Assembly: GCA_965247115.1 (NCBI GenBank)
Contig: CBDFGR010000003.1
Location: 2,579,178 to 2,643,177 of the forward strand
Origin: Myxococcota bacterium
GTDB taxonomy: Bacteria; Myxococcota_A; UBA9160; SZUA-336
DNA length: 64,000 nt
Direction: 5' to 3'
Shown here in pieces: positions 50,989 to 60,230 of the stretch (the first letter of the stretch is position 1; each line of letters starts with the position of its first letter). The position numbers and the translations under genes were made by a program. The notes under the pieces were generated by a model. That model was not told where the DNA came from and ran no database searches. It worked only from the letters and a program-made list of their open reading frames with translations.

Positions 50989-53323
50989 GCTGGCGTGTGT
51001 CAATGATCGACACGCCGGAGAGGGTCTCCACCTTTGTGATCAGGTCGTGGTCGCCCTCGGCGAGCGCCGCGCGGAGCGTTCCCTCCTTGTCTCCGCCCCA
51101 GGCGACGTAGGCCTCCTTCTGCCCGTCGAGCAGGATCCAGCCCTCGTGCAGACCGTCCGGGGCGTTCGCCTCGACACGGATCTGCGCGCGCCCGGGTAGT
51201 CCTCCGCGCTTCAGCTCTACTGCTGGCACGGCCACGCGGACCGCAGTCTCCGGAATGGGAACGAGGATCCGCCGCTGCGCCCATGGGCCGGCCAGCCCGA
51301 TCGCGACCTCCTTCGGATCTGCCGCGAGCTGAAGCGTGAGCTCCTTCGTTTCGCCAGCTGCCAGCTCTTCTGCAGACTGCGCGTCTCCCGGAACCGAGAC
51401 CCCGAAGCCCGGCAGCGAGGCTGTGCCGAGGTTTGTCACCACCACCCGGATCCTCTCATCCTCGAGTCGCTCCACGTCGATCGCCAGCTCCAGCGCGCGC
51501 TCCTCGACGTGCAGGATCAGATCGTTCGACTGGATCGGCCGGTCGCCACTCGCAATATGCAGGGTTACGGGATGCTCGACCACGGAGAGGCCGGGCGGCG
51601 GCGTCAACGGGATCTCGGCCTTGACCTCTCCCTGCGCCGGCAAGGTGCCGAGTGCGATGAGCTTGTTCGAGAGGTAGAGCACGGGTGCCTCCAGGGCAGC
51701 CCAGGCCTTGGGAATCGGGAAGGGATTCGGGTTGTGTACGCGCAGGTGAAGCGAACCCTCCTCGCCTCCGCTCAAGCTCAAGCCGCTGTCCGTGATCTGG
51801 AGCGGCTCCGGGAGCTCCTCAGGCAGCCTGGTCGTTCGAACCCAGCTCACCCCGTGCTCTTCCAGCTCTGTGGCGATCTGCTGGTTCGCGCTGTCGAAGA
51901 TCGTCTCCAGGGCCTGGTCTAGAGGCTGTTGGAGGAGCGTCACCGCCGCGTCGATCGGAAAGTCGTCCGGCTCACCCGGCTTGCGCATGTACGCCATTCC
52001 GCCCTCTGGCACTTGCGCCAGTGCACCCAGGCGCTGCGAGGAGATCGGGTGCAGCTCGATGTCGGGCTCGATCCCGACCTCGTTGATGACGCGGTTCTGC
52101 GAGAGTCTGTACTCCGCCACCGTGAGCTTCAGCAGGTTCCCATCCGGGAGGGGCATCACCTGCTGAATCACTCCCTTGCCGTAGGTTGTCTGACCGACGA
52201 TCGTCACGCGCTCGAGCGGGGCCAAAGCCCCGGCAAGGATCTCGGACGCGGAGGCGGAGGCCTCGTCCACGAGCACGACGACCGGCTCGCGGAACAGCAC
52301 GGTTGGCCTTGCGACCCAGCGGGAACGGCCACGCGTCTGCGTCTCGCCAGCGCGATCGACGATGCGAACGATGAGCTGTCGCTCGAGGAACATGTCCGCC
52401 AGCTTGGTCGCACTGGGCAGGGCGCCGCCCGTGTTTCCTCGCAGATCCAGGACCAGGCCATCGAGCTCGCCGAGCTCGAGCAGCTTCTCCTTGAACTCCT
52501 CATCCGTTGTGGCGGTGAACACGTCGATGCGGGCGTAGCCGATCCCGTCCTCGAGCAGGCGCGTCTCCACACTGGGGATCAGCACCTCCCCACGCGTGAT
52601 CGTCAGCTCGAGCTCTTCCTCGGCTCGGATCACGCCCAGTCCGACCTGCGTGTCGATCTTTCCTCGGATCACAGCGACCGCATCGCTCACGCTCAGGGGC
52701 CTGGTCGGACGACCATCGATCGTTACGATCCAGTCGCCGCTCTGGAGCCCTCCTCGCTCTGCCGGGCTGCCAGGAAAGACGGTGATCGCCGTGAGATGGC
52801 CGTCCCTCCGCCCGATCCGCGAACCGATCCCGTGCAGCTTGCCGGAGAAGCGGATCGTGAAGTCCTCCGTCGTCCGGCCGGAGTAGACGGTGGAGTAGGG
52901 ATCGAGCGCATAGAGCGCTCCCTGCAGCGTGATCAGCTCTAGATCATCGAGCTCGTCGCGCTCCTCCTCCAGGTTCTTGTCCACGAAGTGGAGTGCCCGA
53001 CCAAGCGTCGTGCGATAGCGCCCGCGCTCGAACTCCGCATCGATCGGCACCCGAGCTTCGGTCTTGCCGACTGCCAGGATCCCCTCGTCTCCGTCATCGG
53101 TGAAGCGAATGGAGTCGAAGCGGGCTTCGAGCGCATCGAGCGCTCCCACAAGCATGCGTCGGTCGATCCTGTCCGGATAAAGATAGGCCGCTTGGGTCCG
53201 CTTCAGCGCCTCCGCGGTGAGGGCGGTCGCCTCCTGTGCGGGAGGCAACGCCCGCGTGGCGCAACCGAGGGACAGCGCCACCAGGATCGAGACCGGCACA
53301 CACTGACGCAGAGGCGCACTCAT
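50975..53323 (-). CDS. S41 carboxyl-terminal protease with PDZ domain, lipoprotein
   Basis: LDPYS, DLRGNTGG, SASASE and TYGKG motifs; SLGC lipobox. Confidence 0.9.
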   Translation of the reverse strand: MSAPLRQCVPVSILVALSLGCATRALPPAQEATALTAEALKRTQAAYLYPDRIDRRMLVGALDALEARFDSIRFTDDGDEGILAVGKTEARVPIDAEFERGRYRTTLGRALHFVDKNLEEERDELDDLELITLQGALYALDPYSTVYSGRTTEDFTIRFSGKLHGIGSRIGRRDGHLTAITVFPGSPAERGGLQSGDWIVTIDGRPTRPLSVSDAVAVIRGKIDTQVGLGVIRAEEELELTITRGEVLIPSVETRLLEDGIGYARIDVFTATTDEEFKEKLLELGELDGLVLDLRGNTGGALPSATKLADMFLERQLIVRIVDRAGETQTRGRSRWVARPTVLFREPVVVLVDEASASASEILAGALAPLERVTIVGQTTYGKGVIQQVMPLPDGNLLKLTVAEYRLSQNRVINEVGIEPDIELHPISSQRLGALAQVPEGGMAYMRKPGEPDDFPIDAAVTLLQQPLDQALETIFDSANQQIATELEEHGVSWVRTTRLPEELPEPLQITDSGLSLSGGEEGSLHLRVHNPNPFPIPKAWAALEAPVLYLSNKLIALGTLPAQGEVKAEIPLTPPPGLSVVEHPVTLHIASGDRPIQSNDLILHVEERALELAIDVERLEDERIRVVVTNLGTASLPGFGVSVPGDAQSAEELAAGETKELTLQLAADPKEVAIGLAGPWAQRRILVPIPETAVRVAVPAVELKRGGLPGRAQIRVEANAPDGLHEGWILLDGQKEAYVAWGGDKEGTLRAALAEGDHDLITKVETLSGVSIIDTRQLTAD

Positions 53324-53415
53324 CGCCTCTCCAGTCTAGCCAACCTCCCGCCGCACCCCACCAGCGGTGTCGGCCAGGTCGCGACGATGGCGTATCCGGC
53401 CGCTATCGTCCGTCC

Positions 53416-53455
53416 GGGCGCGTAGCTCAGTTGGCAGAGCAGGGGACTCTCAATC
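53416..53455 (+). pseudogene. 5' half of tRNA-Lys (att-like remnant)
   Basis: Matches 54942..54981 with 2 mismatches; no T arm or 3' acceptor strand follows. Confidence 0.88.
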
Positions 53456-53738
53456 GCTACCGACCCACTCGGGCTACCGTCGTGCATAGAGTGCATGGTG
53501 TTCATTGGGTGCAGGAATTGCGTTTATTTTGTCACGCGGTTGTCACACGAGAACAGATCGACGGCCTCTGCATTTCGCACCATCGTCCGGTCGATCTCCT
53601 CCTGCGTGAAGTCCAAGTGGATCTCGTTTCGTCGAACTCAACCACGCGATGAGAGTTTTTGTTTTCTGAGCTAGGGCGACACGTAGGCCCTGCCGGATCA
53701 AGGGCGTGATACGATCGTCGTCTGCAAATGAACAAGGG

Positions 53739-54530
53739 ATGAGACAGCAAGTGAGTTTCGACGGCAAGGTGGCTTTGGTCACCGGCTCGACCGCGGGCAT
53801 TGGCGAGGCCTGCGCGCGCGCCTTCGCGGGCGCTGGCGCGGCCGTGATGATCACGGGACGGAACGTCGAGCGGGGCAAGGCCGTGCTCGACGATATCAGG
53901 GGCTCGGGCGCGAAGGGCGACTTCATCCAGGGAGACGTCCGGGAGGACGGTGTTGCCGACCGCCTGGTCGAGGAGACGGTCAAGCGCCTCGGCCGACTCG
54001 ACGTGCTTGTCAACAACGCGGGCATTCTCTACAGCGCGAACGCCTTGGAGACTACCGACGAGATCTGGTTTGACACCATGGCGGTCAACGTCAATGCGCT
54101 CTTCTTCCTCAGCCGCGCCGGTGTGCGGCAAATGATCAACCAGGGCGGCGGCAACATCGTCAACGTCGCGTCGGAATGGGGCCTGAACGGCGAGAAGGGC
54201 CACGTCGCCTACTGCACGAGCAAGGGCGCGGTGCTTCAGATCACGCGTTGCATGGCGCTTGACCACGCGGAGGACAACATCCGGGTGAACTCAGTCTGTG
54301 CCGGCGACATCCACACTCAGATGGCCGACGACTTCTATCAGGCCAAGGGCGGCGACTTGGAGGAAAACCTAAAGGACGCGGCCAGGGGCATACCGATGCG
54401 CCGGCTGGGGAGTCCCGACGAGATCGCGAGCTGCGTACTCTTCCTCGCCTCCGACGGCGCGAGCTATGTGACGGGGACGAACTTCGTTGTCGATGGCGGC
54501 AATGATGCCACCGGCGGCCCCCATCCGTAA
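53739..54530 (+). CDS. Short-chain dehydrogenase/reductase
   Basis: TGSTAGIG, NNAG and YCTSK motifs. Confidence 0.93.
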   Translation: MRQQVSFDGKVALVTGSTAGIGEACARAFAGAGAAVMITGRNVERGKAVLDDIRGSGAKGDFIQGDVREDGVADRLVEETVKRLGRLDVLVNNAGILYSANALETTDEIWFDTMAVNVNALFFLSRAGVRQMINQGGGNIVNVASEWGLNGEKGHVAYCTSKGAVLQITRCMALDHAEDNIRVNSVCAGDIHTQMADDFYQAKGGDLEENLKDAARGIPMRRLGSPDEIASCVLFLASDGASYVTGTNFVVDGGNDATGGPHP

Positions 54531-54893
54531 CCGGGGGTCCTTGAACGTGGCGTGACGGACCTCGAGCACAGGGCGCAGAACTCTGTGAGATCCAGCGCCT
54601 TGTGCTTCACGCAGATACAGTTGCCCCCCAGATCGAGTCGGAGTAGCAGGCTCAGTGGCACGATCTCCGACACACGGCAGCCAGCGGAATAGCTATGGCC
54701 GGGGGCTCACTCTCCAATGCCAGTGGGCACCTGGGTCACAGCACTACGGAGATGACGAAGCGCTATACGCACCTCTCAGCGCACCATCGCGCGCGCATTG
54801 CCGACCTGACCTGGAAAAATTCTGTCACGTACTTGTCACGCGAACGGCGAAACCGAGTCACGCGAGCAGAGTGAGAGATCAGTGCCCAATAAG

Positions 54894-56285
54894 CTAAGCC
54901 TGCGTCTTTGCGGACAAAAGCCGAGCCGCTATAGTCCGCCCGGGCGCGTAGCTCAGTTGGCAGAGCAGCGGACTCTTAATCCGCCGGTCGCCGGTTCGAT
55001 CCCGGCCGCGCTCACCATGGAACGTCGCGACGTTGCTAACAGTTTCTGCAATGTCGCCAGGAGCGTGTTGGTCTGAAAACCCCGAGTGTCCGCTTTGTGG
55101 ACGTTTATTGGGCGCGCCAAGCCGAGCCAGCACGTCCGTCGGCAGCTCGCCATAGGCTAGTGGCGGTGTCGGCTGATACCTCTTGCGACGGATGTACTTG
55201 GTGTAGTGACTCTCCGTCACGCCCACGGACGAATGGCCCAGCTGGTCGGCGATGTGCACGAGTTCCTGACCATTCGAGAGCAGCTGGCTCGCGAAGGTGT
55301 CGCGCAGATCTTTCGGTCGCCACGCTCGAGTGGTCCCGGCACGCGCCAGGATTCTGCGCCACTGCCTCTGCCTCCAGTTGCCCTGGTCGCGCGGCACAAT
55401 GACACGATCCGGGCTGGGCCGGAACTCTTGTGTGTAGAGCTCCATCAGGACCCGTCGTAGCCGCCTGGAGAGATCCACATAGCGCGTCCTCCCACTCTTG
55501 GGTGGATCACCGGGGTACATGCCTCTGGGGTTCGACTCCGAGATCTCGAGGCTGCGGCCTAGGTCGTTCTCGTCCTCTCCCCAGTTGACTGCCCGCCAGC
55601 GGATCTGCATGGCTTCTCCGATGCGCAGTCCAGCGTCGAGCATGAGCAGCACCAGCACGTGATCTTCTAGACTCTCCTCTCGGGCCGAAGCAAGGATGCG
55701 TTCGATTTCCGCGGGGTCCTCAATAGGCCGGACATGCTTCCCCGCCTCACTTAGAGCTCTGCCCTTCTTGGTCTTGTTCTCCTCCCGGATAATGGCCTGA
55801 AAGTCTACGACGGGATTGTGCGCGATGAGCCGGTGACGACGGGCTCGGCGCATAATTGCCGAGACGCTATCGAGATATCGCCGTCCCGTACTTGTCGCTC
55901 GCTTCCCCTCGATGCTCTCTTCCCACCACCGGAGTAGCGACTCATCCGTGAGTTGAGATATCGGGATGTCGCCAAAAGCCCGGTCCAGTATTCCGCCAAG
56001 ACGGAGATGATTTCTGTGGTCATCCTGCGTTGTACCTGCCAGGTTCGACATCCCGTGCTTGAGGTAGGCGGCGGCTGCGTCTCGGAACAGGAGCTCGTTA
56101 CCCTCTGGTGTGTAGCCGCGCTCTTCATACTCCAGGATGAGCCTCGACGCAGCGGCCCTTGCTTTCCCGGCGTCTTTGGTCCGGAGGGACTGACGGGGGA
56201 TGAGTATCTCGTTGCCTTCTACGTACTCCACGTAGTAGTGCGCGCCACGCTTGAAGATTCGAGGGCCGTCTGCCTTACGAGACAC
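54894..56285 (-). CDS. int: Tyrosine integrase (prophage 2), ORF runs antisense through tRNA-Lys
   Basis: GLRIGE, KDLRD, LGH and HY motifs. Confidence 0.92.
   Translation of the reverse strand: MSRKADGPRIFKRGAHYYVEYVEGNEILIPRQSLRTKDAGKARAAASRLILEYEERGYTPEGNELLFRDAAAAYLKHGMSNLAGTTQDDHRNHLRLGGILDRAFGDIPISQLTDESLLRWWEESIEGKRATSTGRRYLDSVSAIMRRARRHRLIAHNPVVDFQAIIREENKTKKGRALSEAGKHVRPIEDPAEIERILASAREESLEDHVLVLLMLDAGLRIGEAMQIRWRAVNWGEDENDLGRSLEISESNPRGMYPGDPPKSGRTRYVDLSRRLRRVLMELYTQEFRPSPDRVIVPRDQGNWRQRQWRRILARAGTTRAWRPKDLRDTFASQLLSNGQELVHIADQLGHSSVGVTESHYTKYIRRKRYQPTPPLAYGELPTDVLARLGAPNKRPQSGHSGFSDQHAPGDIAETVSNVATFHGERGRDRTGDRRIKSPLLCQLSYAPGRTIAARLLSAKTQA
54942..55017 (+). tRNA. tRNA-Lys(CTT), probable prophage 2 integration target
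   Basis: Cloverleaf, GCGGA-CTCTTAA-TCCGC anticodon arm, GTTCGAT T-loop, CCA. Confidence 0.95.
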
Positions 56286-56532
56286 GGGCGGCTCTTCTCA
56301 GGATGCGCTCCTGGACACGGGACTCCCGGATTCGATCCGCAGCGACGGTGAGGCTATGGGGGCGACTCCGTTCTTGCTCATGCACCCACTCCCTTACCGC
56401 CTCCGGACGGAACCGAGGTCTCCGGCCCACGTAGAAGTGCGGGAATCCGCCCCTCATCATCTTTCGCACGGTCTTGGTGCTGCACTGAAGGAACTCTGCA
56501 CACTGATCGAGACTCCAGCACGGGTCCTTCAT
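56275..56532 (-). CDS. Excisionase-like HTH protein
   Basis: SLDQCAEFLQCSTKTVRK...PHFYVGRRPRF...VREW. Confidence 0.82.
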   Translation of the reverse strand: MKDPCWSLDQCAEFLQCSTKTVRKMMRGGFPHFYVGRRPRFRPEAVREWVHEQERSRPHSLTVAADRIRESRVQERILRRAARVS

Positions 56533-56607
56533 GGCACGAGCGTTCCCACAAGCTGGATCGCACCATACCAGACCACACCGCAGATCATGGCAAGTCGAGC
56601 CGACGGC

Positions 56608-56796
56608 TCAGTTGCCATCTCTCCGCCTCGGCCTGCGAGACGGAGGCGTGTTCTCCGCCTCCTCCATCCCGTCCCATGCTTCCTTCATGTGCTCAGCGCA
56701 GAGACGGAAGCCGTCGCGATCGACCAGTTGCTCGCAGCCCTCGGAGCCCTCGCAGGGGACGCGGTCGACCAACTCTTGGTCGGTGGTTCGTGTCAC
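56608..56796 (-). CDS. Small Cys-containing hypothetical protein
   Basis: GTGA overlap with recT stop; C-x5-C...C-x2-H. Confidence 0.5.
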   Translation of the reverse strand: MTRTTDQELVDRVPCEGSEGCEQLVDRDGFRLCAEHMKEAWDGMEEAENTPPSRRPRRRDGN

Positions 56797-57746
56797 CTCT
56801 GCTCCTTCAGCAGCTTCGCGATCGAGCACCCCGGTGTGTGACCGAGATCAGCCGAGCGTTCGCAGTCGGGGCAGTTGTCGCGCGTCGGGTCGAAGCCCTC
56901 GGGCAGCGCCGAGAACTTCGGGCCGTCGTTGGGTGGTCCCGGCTCCGGTGTGGCCTCACTGGATCCCTCACTCGGAGCCGGGCGACCCGTTGCATTCGCG
57001 TCGTCAGAGGGCGTCCCGGCGTTCGGCGCAGCAGAGTCGTCTGAGTCCCCCACATCCTCAGGCTCTGCGTTCGGTGCAGCGGGATCGCCGGGCCCGGGTC
57101 CGACGATCTCAGGCTCGATCGGCTCACCCGCGAAGAGTGCACGAGCCGGGTCCGCCGTCGGAGTCTCCTCGCGCGGCGGTGTGACGTTGATCTCAAGCCT
57201 TGACTCGCCGTAGCCGGGCATGTCCTCAGCGACGGGAACACGCCGGGTCATGTCGGCCCAGTTCCGTCGGCAGTCGCGCGCTACGGCCTTCCAGATGAGC
57301 ATGTCCTTCGGGTACTTTGACCAGACGCTCGGCTCGCCGTTGCGATCCTTCTTGCCGGGGTAGAGCCCAGCCAGCATCGCGTCCTCTAGACTGAAGGTCA
57401 CCTTGTCGTTCTCAGATTGACCGCGCCGCTTTGAGACGACCCACCCCGTAAGGTTTCCATCCTCGAGCGACCCCTGGGTTCCCATCCTGAGCGACTCGCA
57501 CTCTTCGCGACTCCGGATGATCGCCACCATCGCCTCGCCGGGAAGACCTACCTTCCCCTTGACGACGTGAAACATCTGCAAGCTCTGGAACGCGTCGAAG
57601 CCGATCTCTCTCCCCATCGCCATCGCGACGAAGCAGTCGTTCGGCTTGTTGCGGAAGGGCTCGGGAACCAGGCTCGAGAGGGCCGCCTGCTTCGCGAGCG
57701 CGCCGAGCTCCTTTGCGTTGGTCGGACGCAGCCCGCCCTCGCTCAT
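56793..57746 (-). CDS. RecT-like single-strand annealing protein (possibly extends to 57896 across an in-frame TAA)
   Basis: SLVPEPFRNKPNDC...GREIG...WSKYPKDML motifs. Confidence 0.85.
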   Translation of the reverse strand: MSEGGLRPTNAKELGALAKQAALSSLVPEPFRNKPNDCFVAMAMGREIGFDAFQSLQMFHVVKGKVGLPGEAMVAIIRSREECESLRMGTQGSLEDGNLTGWVVSKRRGQSENDKVTFSLEDAMLAGLYPGKKDRNGEPSVWSKYPKDMLIWKAVARDCRRNWADMTRRVPVAEDMPGYGESRLEINVTPPREETPTADPARALFAGEPIEPEIVGPGPGDPAAPNAEPEDVGDSDDSAAPNAGTPSDDANATGRPAPSEGSSEATPEPGPPNDGPKFSALPEGFDPTRDNCPDCERSADLGHTPGCSIAKLLKEQR

Positions 57747-57892
57747 GTCCGCGATCGCCCCAGTGGAATCGACGATCGTGGCGACCCCGCGTTACTCCTC
57801 CATCTCGGGCTTCTCTTCGCTGGAGCCCGGAGGGTGAACCTCGCAGTTTGTTCCGTGCGGGGAGCCCTCCGGGGCGTTGCAGCTCTTGCAGT

Positions 57893-58795
57893 TCAAAACA
57901 CGACCTCTTCGTCTCTTTCGACTCGTCGCAGCCGCCACGGTGGCAGCTCGGTCAGTAGCGTCGACGTTCCGTATCCAGGCCAGACGCCCGACTCCGTACA
58001 CGCGGCGTACTCCGTCAGATGCGTGCGCACTTCACGCTGACCCGCATCGAGAGACTCCGGCCCGGTCTCATGCGTCGCGACGATGTGCGGAGCCGCCTTC
58101 TCGATCACGATGAAGACGAACCGACGCGGCATCTCGCCGAAATGCGCGTCCATCGCCATCCGGTAGAACGCCTCCTGACGGTGGTAGCCGAAGTCTCCCA
58201 TCGCTCGCGCGAACGCTTCCTTGGAAGCGAGCCGCGCCGTCGTCTTCAGGTCGACGACGATGACGTAGCCCTCGTACTCCGTGATCCGGTCGAGTCTCGC
58301 CTTGCAAAGCAGACCCGACTGCTCGTCCTCCCAAACGAGCGTGAGCTCGTTCTGCCCTGCCCCCTTCAGCAGCCGGCGCGCGAGCTCGTTCCGGTTGACC
58401 CCGTCGCGCATCGCCAAGACCAGGTTCATGTCCTGGCGCTTCAGGATCCCCTTACCCGCGTTCTCCGCCTCGAACTCGGCCCAGATGGCCTTGTCCTTCT
58501 TGTAGCGGCGGTCGACCTTAGGAGCGACGACCCACTCGTCGTCGAACTTCTCCGGCTCGAGCACGGCGCAGTGCAGAGCGGCGCCGATGTCGAGGTGATC
58601 CTTCGGGGGCGGAGGGTGGTCGATCAGGTACTTCGCGTGCGCGGGCGTCCTACCGTCGGCGAAGTAGCTGAGCTTCGTGCTGCGGACCGCGTCGATCGCG
58701 TCGTACTCGGTCTCGGAGAGGCCACGGTAGACGCCTGGCTTCGACTCTCTCGCCCATCTCTTCAGATCGCTGCGGAGAGGGAGGGGGGGAGTCAT
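57893..58795 (-). CDS. RecE/exonuclease VIII-like PD-(D/E)XK nuclease (DUF3799-like)
   Basis: GAALHCAVLEP, CKARLD, VDLKTT, YHRQEAFY and WPGY motifs. Confidence 0.9.
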   Translation of the reverse strand: MTPPLPLRSDLKRWARESKPGVYRGLSETEYDAIDAVRSTKLSYFADGRTPAHAKYLIDHPPPPKDHLDIGAALHCAVLEPEKFDDEWVVAPKVDRRYKKDKAIWAEFEAENAGKGILKRQDMNLVLAMRDGVNRNELARRLLKGAGQNELTLVWEDEQSGLLCKARLDRITEYEGYVIVVDLKTTARLASKEAFARAMGDFGYHRQEAFYRMAMDAHFGEMPRRFVFIVIEKAAPHIVATHETGPESLDAGQREVRTHLTEYAACTESGVWPGYGTSTLLTELPPWRLRRVERDEEVVF

Positions 58796-59545
58796 GCGAA
58801 CTCTCCCACCGCGACCATTCGACAAACGAGATTGCTTGCCGAATCCTGGAGCGCGAGCATGGTTGGCTTGAGCGCGTCCCTCACAGCGATCCCCGCAGCA
58901 GCCCTCGCAGCGTTCCTCGCAGCGATCCCCGCAGCGACCTCCGCAGCGTCCCCCGCAGCGACCTCCGCAGCGTCCCTCACAACGTCCCACGCAGCGACCT
59001 CCGCAGCGTCCCACGCAGCGTCCCTCGCAGCGTCCCTCGCAGCGGCCCACGCGGCGGCCCACGCGGCGGCCCCCGCAGCGCGGATCATCGGCTGTGCCGC
59101 TCTCGCACGATCGAAGTCCGTGATCTCACCGAGTCCGCGCAGCTTCGCGGCGTGAGGCTTCAGACGCTCCACGAGGTCCAACCATGCGGGCGTGTGGACC
59201 CGGATGAGCCAGTCGAGGGCCAGGTAGGAGCGAGCGAGCTCCGTATCGGAATCTCCTGCCGATCCCACGAGACGGGGGAGCAGCGGCTTGAGCAGACGGT
59301 CCCGATCCTCGTCTGGAAGGCGGTCATTCCAGCAGCGGATGAAGGCTCCGACCACGGCGCTCGTGCACTTGGGATGGATGGTCACTGTGCTTCTCCCCTG
59401 CAAGCCAGGCGACAACTTCGAGCGCGCAGTGGCCCTCGTCGAAGCTTGAGGAGGAACCCGTGCCCAGGTGCAGAGAGTCCAGCTGGGCGAGACGGTCAGG
59501 GAGAGGACGTTGGGGGTCCAGAGGGGAAGGAGGGGGAGCGGGCAT
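58792..59545 (-). pseudogene. Ala-repeat phage protein frameshifted by a 4-bp duplication at 59372..59379
   Basis: HCALEVVAWLAGEKHSDHP joins KCTSAVVGAFIRCWND once one GGAT copy is removed. Confidence 0.8.
58876..59079 (-). repeat. 17 tandem 12-bp units encoding AAxx tetrapeptides
   Basis: AAGA AAWA AAWA AARD AARD AAWD AAEV and so on. Confidence 0.92.
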
Positions 59546-59570
59546 CGGAAGCCTCCGTCGTAGATAGATG

Positions 59571-59633
59571 CGGAATATCCTAACTTCGGTATATCCACAA
59601 TTAAAGGGCGAAAGTTGGATATTCCGAATATCC
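59571..59633. promoter_or_regulatory. Left operator-like cluster (four CGGAATATCC-like sites)
   Basis: Sites at 59571, 59587, 59617 (reverse) and 59624 in an AT-rich intergenic region. Confidence 0.7.
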
Positions 59634-59678
59634 AGGCGAACGGTTAGTGATCTCGCGTGGTTGTGGGTCCGAGCGTAG

Positions 59679-60104
59679 CTACGATCGGCTACGAGGCCGC
59701 GTGGGGATGGAGTCCCCATCGACGGCCCAAGAGCCGATGATGGCGTCGATCTCTCGCCTGAGGCGATTCTCGGGGATCTTAGCTAGTGCGGTGAGCCGCT
59801 TGCCGCCCAGTACGGCAGCCAGATCGTCGGCAAGCCTCTCTGGAGTGGCATCGCCGGGCAGAGGTGAAGGCAAGAGCCAGGAGCCAGAAACGCCCGTCGT
59901 TCTTGCAATATTGGACAGATGAAGTGCGGTGGCACCCGTCCGCCCGCTTTCCCAATCGTTGATCGTGCTGGGACTGACCTTGAGCTCTCGGGCGAGATCC
60001 GCCTTTCTTAGAGAGGCCTGCTCGCGCGCGCTCGCGATCCGTTGTCCCAGAACTTTCCGAAAAGTGCGCAGCTCCTTTGAGACCTTCGCGGCCTTCTTCG
60101 GCAT
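59679..60104 (-). CDS. CI-like XRE repressor
   Basis: LGQRIASAREQASLRKADLARELKVSPSTINDWESG; divergent from the cro-like gene. Confidence 0.88.
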   Translation of the reverse strand: MPKKAAKVSKELRTFRKVLGQRIASAREQASLRKADLARELKVSPSTINDWESGRTGATALHLSNIARTTGVSGSWLLPSPLPGDATPERLADDLAAVLGGKRLTALAKIPENRLRREIDAIIGSWAVDGDSIPTRPRSRS

Positions 60105-60174
60105 CGCCAGCCACCCCCGCGTCACCTCTGATGTTAGAGGATTCCTAAGCAGCAGTAGTGTGTTAGCGAAAATG

Positions 60175-60230
60175 CGGAATATCCGTATTCAGTCAGCTCT
60201 CGACTCAGGAGCCAATGTGTGGAATATCCG
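60175..60230. promoter_or_regulatory. Right operator-like sites (GGAATATCCG x2)
   Basis: Same motif as the left cluster, between the divergent cI and cro genes. Confidence 0.7.

Larger units (their letters stand above)
53399..54981. mobile_element. About 1.5-kb islet bounded by 57-bp direct repeats (tRNA-Lys upstream region plus 5' half)
   Basis: 53399..53455 versus 54925..54981 are 53/57 identical; TGTCAC repeats lie inside both ends. Confidence 0.65.

Noticed and set aside
57893..59062. Cys-rich GRCEGRC N-terminus on the RecE-like ORF
   Set aside because: It is the alternative-frame reading of the Ala-repeat array; the nuclease most likely starts at ATG 58795.
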